Positions 9,122 through 16,080 of a DNA stretch of 19,090 nucleotides are shown piece after piece. Both the position numbers and the translations under genes were made by a program. The notes below the pieces were generated by a model. It did no database searches. It was not told the origin of the DNA and was given only the letters and a program-made list of their open reading frames with translations. This DNA comes from Terrimicrobiaceae bacterium (lineage in GTDB: Bacteria > Verrucomicrobiota > Verrucomicrobiia > Chthoniobacterales > Terrimicrobiaceae), in the NCBI GenBank assembly GCA_041752695.1, contig JBGSVZ010000129.1, forward strand, positions 1 through 19,090, given 5' to 3'. Numbering within the stretch: position 1 is the first letter of the stretch; every line of letters starts with the position of its first letter.

Positions 9122-9813
9122 GCACCCTCTTCAGTGAGATCCAGCGCCTCTTCGAGCGCACCTACGCCAGCGTGGGGATCAATCTGGAGGAGTGCCTGAT
9201 CGATCGACACCGCTGTCGGCAGCTTTCCGCGTTGGCCGGCGCTCAGGCGGCGGAATTGAGCATGCTGGCGAGGACATTTCTGCGGGCGTCTGACGGACAC
9301 CTCCGCGTCGGGATCTATTATTCCCACTGGCTGATCGAGCAGCTGGAGCAACATGACCCCCGCGCCGGGCTCAACGACGCAAATATCAACGCGCTCATCC
9401 CCTTCGTGGAAGAGATCAACCACGCCATGCATGCCGCCCTGCGTTTCCAGCGGGGCGAAATCCCGGAACCCGGCGAAAACTACGCGCGCAATCTGGAACT
9501 CCAGGCGCAGGTGGACACCTACCTTGTGCTCCTGCTGTTTGTCGCCTTCTTCCGCAAGCCGGGGAAAATCACCCGCTCCGACCGCCGGTGGCTGCGGTTT
9601 CACATGTTCAACACGCAGCAGACCCGCTCCTTCCGCGACAAAACCCTGGGTGCCCGGTACGCGGAAACGACCCTCCTGGCCAAAACCTACACCCGCTACC
9701 TGGAGTCCCTCGCCGCCTCCCGCCGGGTGGAGGAAATCCAGGTTTTCCACGCCCTCAGCTACGACGAGAAACGAAAGCACATCCTGGCCCTGCCGGATCG
9801 GGCCCGGGAGTGA
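9118..9813 (+). CDS. Hypothetical protein with possible zincin-like metal-binding motif
   Basis: Translationally coupled to the upstream gene. Contains EEINHAMH and a downstream LELQAQVD. Confidence 0.75.
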   Translation: MSTLFSEIQRLFERTYASVGINLEECLIDRHRCRQLSALAGAQAAELSMLARTFLRASDGHLRVGIYYSHWLIEQLEQHDPRAGLNDANINALIPFVEEINHAMHAALRFQRGEIPEPGENYARNLELQAQVDTYLVLLLFVAFFRKPGKITRSDRRWLRFHMFNTQQTRSFRDKTLGARYAETTLLAKTYTRYLESLAASRRVEEIQVFHALSYDEKRKHILALPDRARE

Positions 9814-9885
9814 GGCCTCCCGCGCTGGGTTCGGCCTTGGGAAGTCCATCCGCTCCGCCCCCTTCCCGAGATTTTGCAGACCGGT

Positions 9886-9916
9886 GCAAATGTTAGGATT
9901 TATGGGACTGACCCCT
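9886..9916 (-). repeat. RAYT-associated repeat copy R1
   Basis: gcaaatgttaggatttatgggactgacccct, the exact reverse complement of 11687..11717 (31/31). Confidence 0.95.
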
Positions 9917-10226
9917 GATAGGAGGGAACCGTTGAATCCGAATTTCTTACACTCCGTTTCGCATGTCTCTTTTTGCGCAACCCGTAGCTTTTTGCGCAGG
10001 CTTCTTCCGGGTGTCAGTTTTTTCGCATCCGCGCCCCGGTGGCCTCGAAAACCGTTTTACGTTTGGCCGTTGGAGTCCAGCCTTTAGGCTGTTCCGGATA
10101 GCCCGCGCCCCTGCCAAGAACCCTGGCGTACGTTCCCGGGTACTTCTGCTTTCCTCACTTTCCGCAGATCCCGTTCCCGCCGAGTTTCTTCTGCCCCGGG
10201 CCAGACATTTCCCTACTCTCACAAGG

Positions 10227-10740
10227 CCCCCCCAAAATGGGGGGGTTGGCACGGATGATGCTGAACCCCAACCACGTTAACCAAACGATGGATTTCGAGG
10301 GCACATATTTCCGACCGATGAGGAGGGCGAAGGGGGCAGGGCGCTGCACCTCATCGGCCGTGAAATATGGGTTTTCACACCTCACAGGGGTCCGTCCGTG
10401 CGCAGGGATGTCAGGGCAGCGCACGGCGGCAGGGAGGCAAGCAGGATCGGCCAGGGCGGCCCGGCGAACACCGAACGCGGCTGACGCCGTTTCCTTTTTC
10501 CCCTTAGGCATGCCGAATTTTCCGTCTGTGACGACAACGTCACAAACTTCCCCTTTCCGGGGAATATTTTTCCGGCACAGTGCCGGATGTCGGCCGGTTT
10601 CGCACCCGGTCGCCGCGGTTCAAACAACCGCGGCGAACACTTGCGAATCAACCACAAAAACAAAAACCACAGCGCTTGAGTTCGCTGTCGCAAACCCTGC
10701 CGTGATGATCACGGCAGAGCTTGCGGCGGGGCGGCGCTCC
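10227..10740 (+). ncRNA. Candidate structured non-coding RNA or long 5' leader (family unrecognised)
   Basis: About nine closely spaced hairpins in a region with no credible ORF, upstream of the PEP-CTERM gene (details in findings). The strand is inferred. Confidence 0.4.
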
Positions 10741-10756
10741 TAAGATTGAGAAACCA

Positions 10757-11497
10757 ATGAAAAAAGCGATTCTGACTACTGTTTTGACAACATATGCTGC
10801 GTTTGGGCTGAATGCGGCAGTAATTTTCGACGAGGCTTTCGATACGAATGGAACGATGTTGACCTCGCCTTATACCGACTGGACGTCCTTGAGCGGAACA
10901 GGAGCTCAACTCCTAGTTACCGCGGCAGACGGCTTGAATATGGGGCCTACAGATCGTGACTACGGCAGCACTACATTTACGGGTGAAGCCGGAACGGTTT
11001 ATTTGGGGTTCGACCTCACCGTCGATACTCTCCCTGCCTCTGGGAACGCCTATTTTGCAGGGTTTGGCGACGGAACTGCTTATGACGGACGAATCTTTAT
11101 GTCGACCACTGATGGTACCGCGTTTTCTCTAGGAGTGAGCGTCGCCAGCAATACTTTCGCGGCCACACCACTTACCTATTCACTGGATACGACATATCGA
11201 GTTGTTGCTAGCTATAATGCGACGACTGACGTGATCTCTCTCTGGATTGGAACGTATGGCATCGGCACCCCAACGGTAACCACCACAGGCACGGATGTTA
11301 GCACGACATTCAACCGCGTCTTTTTGCGGCAGGCCGACGCTTATGATAACGGAGGATCATCCTTTTACATTCAGAACCTAGTGTTGACCGACACTTTCGC
11401 CACGGCCGTTCCTGAGCCCGCTTCGGCTCTGATGCTCACGGCAGGCCTCACAGGTTTGATGGTCTTCCGTCGGCGTCATGGGCGCGTGATGGCTTGA
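10757..11497 (+). CDS. Small secreted PEP-CTERM protein
   Basis: Signal peptide MKKAILTTVL...GLNA|AVIFDEAF and a Thr/Gly-rich beta domain. C-terminus is VPEPASALMLTAGLTGLMVFRRRHGRVMA. Visibly more A/T-ending codons than neighbouring core genes. Confidence 0.92.
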   Translation: MKKAILTTVLTTYAAFGLNAAVIFDEAFDTNGTMLTSPYTDWTSLSGTGAQLLVTAADGLNMGPTDRDYGSTTFTGEAGTVYLGFDLTVDTLPASGNAYFAGFGDGTAYDGRIFMSTTDGTAFSLGVSVASNTFAATPLTYSLDTTYRVVASYNATTDVISLWIGTYGIGTPTVTTTGTDVSTTFNRVFLRQADAYDNGGSSFYIQNLVLTDTFATAVPEPASALMLTAGLTGLMVFRRRHGRVMA

Positions 11498-11521
11498 GTT
11501 TAGATCTTTAGAGTTTTGGGG

Positions 11522-11555
11522 AAGGGCGGAGTGTTCCTCCGCCCTTTCTCTTTGT
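11522..11555 (+). terminator. Rho-independent terminator
   Basis: aagggcggag-tgttc-ctccgccctt (10-bp stem) followed by tctctttgt, 25 bp after the PEP-CTERM stop. Confidence 0.75.
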
Positions 11556-11567
11556 CGGTTTCACGAG

Positions 11568-11695
11568 AAGGGGTCAGCAACTGGAGAAGAGAGAAAAGGG
11601 GTCAGGAAAAGGGGTCAGGTCTTTCATCATTACATTGGCAGGGCAAAAGGCTGAAACCGGGGTCAAGGAGGAGGGAGGGGTCAGGGAGGGGTCAG
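11568..11695 (+). repeat. Cluster of six GGGGTCA cores with short tandem duplications
   Basis: GGGGTCA begins at 11570, 11598, 11611, 11659, 11677 and 11688. Tandem copies are aaaaggggtcagg x2 (11594-11619) and agggaggggtc x2 (11672-11693). Confidence 0.9.
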
Positions 11696-11717
11696 TCCCA
11701 TAAATCCTAACATTTGC
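11687..11717 (+). repeat. RAYT-associated repeat copy R2
   Basis: aggggtcagtcccataaatcctaacatttgc. Confidence 0.95.
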
Positions 11718-11718
11718 C

Positions 11719-12120
11719 CTATGGGTGAAGGAGATTTAGCCCGCGTCGGTTTGCCGCTTCTGTCATCTCTTGATCGAACGTGACGAGGACGAGGTCCGGG
11801 ATGGCTCTCGTGCAGCGCTCCATGACATGGAGATGTCCGGCATCCGCCGCGCGCAGTCCGGCTCCGCGATTGAAGGTTCTGAGATGTTCATACCAATCGC
11901 CCTCCGGTTCGACCCAGTGGATGGTTCCTTCGATGGATCGCCAGAGATTCCAGGCTTCGGTGGAGGCCTTGCGGCGCACCAGTGCGGCATCGGCTTCGAC
12001 GCGCAGCCATTTCCAACCGAGGCGAAGCGTGCTCGCATCCCAGGCCTTCCGGGCGAGTCCGGAATGTGGCTCTAGGAAGACCAGCGGAACGACGGCGCTG
12101 GTGTCAAAAAACGAATTCAC
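11719..12120 (-). CDS. vapC: PIN-domain toxin (VapC family), type II TA
   Basis: N-terminal FFDTSAVVPL, then VEADAAL, LRAADAGHL and LVTFDQEM, giving the PIN acidic residues. The GTG start at 12120 overlaps the antitoxin stop (GTGA). Confidence 0.9.
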   Translation of the reverse strand: MNSFFDTSAVVPLVFLEPHSGLARKAWDASTLRLGWKWLRVEADAALVRRKASTEAWNLWRSIEGTIHWVEPEGDWYEHLRTFNRGAGLRAADAGHLHVMERCTRAIPDLVLVTFDQEMTEAANRRGLNLLHP

Positions 12121-12449
12121 CAATCGCGTTCCTTTCGCATTTCATCGGTGGTCACGACATCCTCGCGCCGATCCCCGGCCAGCACAGGTCCGGGCAAACT
12201 TCCCTCCTGACGAAGAGGTAGCGTGGAATCGATCTTGATCCCGACAGCGCCCAATTCGAGAAGGGCCGGGTTGGTTGGGCTGCCTGTTGGTTGTCCGGGA
12301 GACTTGGCAGGAATCAAGTACGCAACTGTCCGGTCCCGCACTCGCACCTCAAAAGTTGTGAGATCTTGCTCCACGGTCCTGAGATAACGCCCAAGATGCG
12401 TTTTAAGTTCGGCGGAATTTACCTTCACTTGATTAATATGACTGGTCAT
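12117..12449 (-). CDS. Phd/YefM-family antitoxin
   Basis: VNSAELKTHLGRYLRTVEQ...FEVRVRDRTVAYLIP is a Phd/YefM N-terminal signature. Lies directly upstream of and overlapping the PIN gene. Start placed at MTSHINQ. Confidence 0.88.
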   Translation of the reverse strand: MTSHINQVKVNSAELKTHLGRYLRTVEQDLTTFEVRVRDRTVAYLIPAKSPGQPTGSPTNPALLELGAVGIKIDSTLPLRQEGSLPGPVLAGDRREDVVTTDEMRKERDW

Positions 12450-12459
12450 AATGATTATG
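12437..12459. promoter_or_regulatory. Putative TA autoregulatory operator (overlapping palindromes at the antitoxin start)
   Basis: tatgac-tg-gtcata (12437-12450) and cataat-g-attatg (12447-12459). Phd-family antitoxins bind palindromic operators. Confidence 0.55.
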
Positions 12460-12496
12460 TCAATCAACTGGGGAGTCGCTGGGGAGTCATTACTGG

Positions 12497-12526
12497 GGGG
12501 TCAGTCCCATAATTCCTAACATGTGA
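12497..12526 (+). repeat. RAYT-associated repeat copy R3
   Basis: ggggtcagtcccataattcctaacatgtga, preceded by tandem ctggggagtcg/ctggggagtca (12468-12489). Confidence 0.93.
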
Positions 12527-12766
12527 CGGGATAAAGAAATGCAAGCCGGGGGCTGGGGTTGGGAAAGATTTTGCCCCTGTTGGGTCATTGAGGCTCTGGC
12601 GAATGCTGATCGGATCGGTTGGGGGTGCAGGAAGGAAAAGCATCTTCAAGAAAGTGGTGGGGGCTTTCCGACCGGGCGAAGTTTCCCGCGGTTTGCGTGA
12701 CGATTTTGTCACCGACAGACTCCGGGATTGCGCGGTGGCCGGAATGCAGCAACTCTGTCGCGCACG

Positions 12767-13531
12767 ATGCCGGAGCCGTTGCTGTCCGTCAAAAATTTGC
12801 ACAAGAGTTTCGATGAAAGCGCGATTCTCAAGGGCGTTAGTCTTGATGTGGAGGAAGGGGATCTGGTTTCGATCATCGGCCCCTCCGGCTGCGGCAAGAG
12901 CACGATGCTGCGGTGCCTCAATTTTTTGGAGATCCCGGACGCTGGTCGTATCTCGATTGCGGGGGTGACGATTGACTGTCAGGGACTGGACGACGCCCCG
13001 CCGCGGGACATTCAGGGCCGCGCGCATCAGCTTCGCCAGAAGGTGGGCATGGTGTTTCAGCAGTTTAATCTGTTTCCCCACCGCACTGTTTTGGAAAACA
13101 CCATGTTGTCTCCGATGGTGGCCCGCAAGGTGCCGCGGGAGGATGCGGAAAAGAACGGACGCCGGCTCCTGGAAAAGGTTGGCCTTGCTGCACTGGGCGA
13201 CCGATATCCCGCGCAGTTGTCCGGCGGGCAGCAGCAGCGCGCCGCCATTGCGCGTGCCCTGGCGATGAATCCCCAGGTGATGCTCTACGACGAGCCGACC
13301 AGCGCGCTGGACCCCGAGCTGGTCGATGAGGTGCTCAAAGTGATGAAAGATCTCGACGCCGAGGGCATGACGCAGCTCGTGGTGACCCACGAGATGCGTT
13401 TCGCGCGCGACGCCAGCGACTACATTGTTTTTATGGAAGGCGGGCACATCGTCGAAATCTCGGACGAGGACGAGATTTTCACGAATCCGAAGGACGAAAG
13501 GACCCGGCAGTTCCTTAAACGCTTCCTCTGA
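12767..13531 (+). CDS. glnQ: Polar amino acid ABC transporter ATP-binding protein (GlnQ-like)
   Basis: Walker A GPSGCGKST, GMVFQQFNLFPH, signature LSGGQQQR, Walker B MLYDEPTSALDPE and H-loop VVTHEMRFA. Confidence 0.93.
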   Translation: MPEPLLSVKNLHKSFDESAILKGVSLDVEEGDLVSIIGPSGCGKSTMLRCLNFLEIPDAGRISIAGVTIDCQGLDDAPPRDIQGRAHQLRQKVGMVFQQFNLFPHRTVLENTMLSPMVARKVPREDAEKNGRRLLEKVGLAALGDRYPAQLSGGQQQRAAIARALAMNPQVMLYDEPTSALDPELVDEVLKVMKDLDAEGMTQLVVTHEMRFARDASDYIVFMEGGHIVEISDEDEIFTNPKDERTRQFLKRFL

Positions 13532-13533
13532 GC

Positions 13534-15066
13534 ATGAGAATTTTCGCGCTCCTCCTCGGTCTGATCTTAACCGCCGCCCCGCTTCGGGCCGACGACAGCG
13601 TCCTGCGTTGGGCGGCCGATCCCGACAGCAATGCGCCGTATGCGTTTTTCGGGCCGGACGACAAGCTGACCGGATTCGAGTACGAAATCATCACTGCGAT
13701 CGCGAGGGAGATGGGGCGCAAGCCGGTGTTTGTCCAAAACGACTGGGACGGCCTGATCCCCGGTCTGGGCCGCGGCCTTTACGACGTGGTGATCTGCGGC
13801 ATCGAGATCACGCCCGAGAAGGCGGGGGAGGTGCTTTTTTCCAATCCCTACTACGTCACCTTTGAGCAGCTGGTCGTGCGCAAAGGCACGCCGCCGATCA
13901 CCTCGCTGGACGAACTGAAGGGAAAATCCATCGGCACCCTCGACCAGACGGCCGCGCTCACCATGCTGGAAAAAACGCCTGGTGTGGACGTGAAGACCTA
14001 CCAAGAGGAGGTCAATGCGTATCAGGACACCGCCTTTGGCCGCATCTTCGGCGTGCTCCTGGACTATCCGATCGCGAAATATTACGCCGCGCCGAATCCG
14101 AATCTCCAGTTCACCGGTCCGCCTTTTGGCCAGATCACCTACGGCATCGCCCTCGCCAAAGGGAATAGTGCCCTGCAAAAAGAAATTAATGCCGCCCTCG
14201 CCCGCGTGATTGCCAGTGGGGAAATGCGGGACATTCTCTCCCGTTGGGGTCTTTGGACGCCCGTCGTGGCCGGCGCTCTGGGTCAGCCGGAGGACCCCTC
14301 CGTGCCTGATACCGAATACAAGGCCTTCGTCGCCTCCCATGCCGAACAGGCCAGCCTTGGCACCCGCCTGCTGCGTTATGCCTCCTACTGGCCCCTGCTG
14401 CTCCGGGCCTCCCTCCTGACCCTGCAGGTCTCGCTCGCCGGGATGGTGCTGGCCATTGGGCTGGGTTTCACACTGGCCATCATGCGCGTTTTCGGTCCGT
14501 GGCCCGCCCGAATTCTGGCCACGCTTTATATTGAGATCATCCGCGGAACACCGTTGCTTATTCAGCTCCTGATCATTTTCTACGGCCTGCCCAGCATCGG
14601 CATCAAACTCACCCCGTTGGTCGCCGGCATCCTTGGTCTTGGCCTGAATTACGCGGCTTATGAGGCCGAAAATTACCGCGCCGGGTTGCTTGCCATTCCC
14701 CGGGGACAAATGGAAGCGGCCCGTGCCTTGGGCATGACGCATCGCCAGGGGCTCTTCCACGTTGTCATCCCGCAATCCTTCCGGCTGGTTCTTCCTCCGG
14801 TGACCAACGATTTTATCTCTTTGCTCAAAGACTCCTCGTTGGTTTCGATGGTCACCCTGCTCGATCTGACGGGGGCTTATCAACGGATCGCGTCGCAGAC
14901 TTTCGACTACTTCGGGACCGGCCTCCTGGTGGCCGCCATCTACCTGCTCATCGGTCTGCCCTTCGTGCGACTCGCCCGCTACACGGAAGACAAGTTAGCC
15001 GTCGATCAGCGAAGACCGGGCAACCGACCGGGTATGTTTGCCTTCCCGAAGAAGCGGAAGGTGTGA
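13534..15066 (+). CDS. Polar amino acid ABC transporter, fused substrate-binding (family 3) and permease protein
   Basis: Signal peptide, then an SBP_bac_3-like domain (APYAF...LTGFEYEI...WDGLIPGL...FSNPYY). HisM/GlnP-type permease follows (YIEIIRGTPLLIQL, EAA loop GQMEAARALGM, NDFISLLKDSSL). Confidence 0.92.
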   Translation: MRIFALLLGLILTAAPLRADDSVLRWAADPDSNAPYAFFGPDDKLTGFEYEIITAIAREMGRKPVFVQNDWDGLIPGLGRGLYDVVICGIEITPEKAGEVLFSNPYYVTFEQLVVRKGTPPITSLDELKGKSIGTLDQTAALTMLEKTPGVDVKTYQEEVNAYQDTAFGRIFGVLLDYPIAKYYAAPNPNLQFTGPPFGQITYGIALAKGNSALQKEINAALARVIASGEMRDILSRWGLWTPVVAGALGQPEDPSVPDTEYKAFVASHAEQASLGTRLLRYASYWPLLLRASLLTLQVSLAGMVLAIGLGFTLAIMRVFGPWPARILATLYIEIIRGTPLLIQLLIIFYGLPSIGIKLTPLVAGILGLGLNYAAYEAENYRAGLLAIPRGQMEAARALGMTHRQGLFHVVIPQSFRLVLPPVTNDFISLLKDSSLVSMVTLLDLTGAYQRIASQTFDYFGTGLLVAAIYLLIGLPFVRLARYTEDKLAVDQRRPGNRPGMFAFPKKRKV

Positions 15067-15079
15067 TCATCCCACCAAA

Positions 15080-15110
15080 GGGGTCAGTCCCATATTTTCT
15101 AACATTTCCC
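15080..15110 (+). repeat. RAYT-associated repeat copy R4
   Basis: ggggtcagtcccatattttctaacatttccc. Confidence 0.95.
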
Positions 15111-15144
15111 TTGTTGAGAAACGGTTGAGAGGAGAAAAGGCGCG

Positions 15145-16080
15145 ATGCCTAGGCAATTGCGAAGAGAGTATGAGGGGGCGATCTACCACGTGATGAGCCG
15201 GGGGGACCGGAAGGAGGCGATCTACGAGGATGAGGAGGACCGGCGGATTTTTCGGAAGACGCTGGGGGAGGCGTGTGGGAAAGCCGGTTGGCAGGTGCAT
15301 GCGTATTGCCTGATGGAGAATCATTTTCACCTCGTGGTGGAGACGCCGCAGCCGACGCTGGTGGCGGGAATGAAATGGATGCTGGGGACGTATACTGCGC
15401 GCTATAACGGGCGGCACCGTCAGCGCGGGCACGTGTTCGCGGGACGGTATAAGTCGTTGCTGGTGGATGGGAGCGATGATTTTTACCTGAGGACGGTTTG
15501 TGACTATGTGCATCTCAATCCGGTGCGGGCAAACTTGCTTGGGGAAGGGGAAGGACTGGAGACGTTTTTGTGGAGCAGCTACCCGGAATATTTGAAGGAG
15601 CCGGGGGAGCGCTTGCCGTGGTTGCGGGTGGATCGTTTGTTGGGTGAGCATGGGGTTGAGCGGGATGACCGGGGTGGGAGGCGGGCGTTTGCCGCGATCA
15701 TGGAAAAGCGACTTCAGCCCGAGGACGACCTGCTCGAAAATATCCGGAAGGGGTGGAGATTCGGCGGGGAGGATTTTTTGGAACGATTGGGAGAAATGGA
15801 GGAACAGGCGACGAGGAGTGAAAGCTATCTGGCCGCCGAATACTCGGAAGTCATGGAGGTGAAGGGGCGGAGAATTATTGTCGAGGAGCTGCAGAAGCTT
15901 GGCCTCCAGGAGGAGGACCTTGGCAAACTCCGGAGGATGGATCCGCGGAAGGGCGAGATTGCCAGGAGGTTGCGCACGGAGACGACCCTGACGATGACCT
16001 GGATTGCTGGCGCGCTCTTCGCGGGCAGCGCCGGGACGCTGGGAAACACTCTTTACCGGTTGAAGCGGGGGAAATGTTAG
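15145..16080 (+). CDS. REP-associated tyrosine transposase (RAYT)/IS200-like Y1 HUH transposase with C-terminal HTH-like extension
   Basis: MPRQLR..YEGAIYHVMSRG, AYCLMENHFHL (HUH motif), GHVFAGRYKS and catalytic Tyr in YVHLNPVRA, then WSSY. The C-terminal ARRLRTETTLTMTWIAGAL resembles an HTH. An AGGAG RBS lies upstream and the reading frame is intact. Confidence 0.92.
   Translation: MPRQLRREYEGAIYHVMSRGDRKEAIYEDEEDRRIFRKTLGEACGKAGWQVHAYCLMENHFHLVVETPQPTLVAGMKWMLGTYTARYNGRHRQRGHVFAGRYKSLLVDGSDDFYLRTVCDYVHLNPVRANLLGEGEGLETFLWSSYPEYLKEPGERLPWLRVDRLLGEHGVERDDRGGRRAFAAIMEKRLQPEDDLLENIRKGWRFGGEDFLERLGEMEEQATRSESYLAAEYSEVMEVKGRRIIVEELQKLGLQEEDLGKLRRMDPRKGEIARRLRTETTLTMTWIAGALFAGSAGTLGNTLYRLKRGKC

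Noticed and set aside
9891..9899. Extended -10 promoter (TGtTAGGAT) built into the repeat
   Set aside because: The critical final T is present only in R1 and R2 and not in R3-R5, so it is not a conserved property. It cannot be supported without TSS data.
10527..10544. CRP/FNR site TGTGA...TCACA
   Set aside because: The spacer is 8 bp rather than the canonical 6 bp. Kept only as a generic palindrome.
9947..10743. ORFs 9947..10252, 9963..10280, 10155..10511, 10237..10743 and 10382..10693
   Set aside because: They overlap each other, have Arg/Pro/Ala-rich low-information translations and no recognisable motifs. The region looks non-coding and structured.
11638..11670. c-di-GMP-I riboswitch-like GGGCAAA start
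   Set aside because: The following stem, tetraloop and GCAAAG elements are missing, and it lies after a terminator within the scar cluster.
11687..15110. Classical integron attC sites or Xer dif (pdif) modules
   Set aside because: There is no RYYYAAC...GTTRRRY long imperfect palindrome, no XerC/XerD arm consensus and no tyrosine recombinase in the window.
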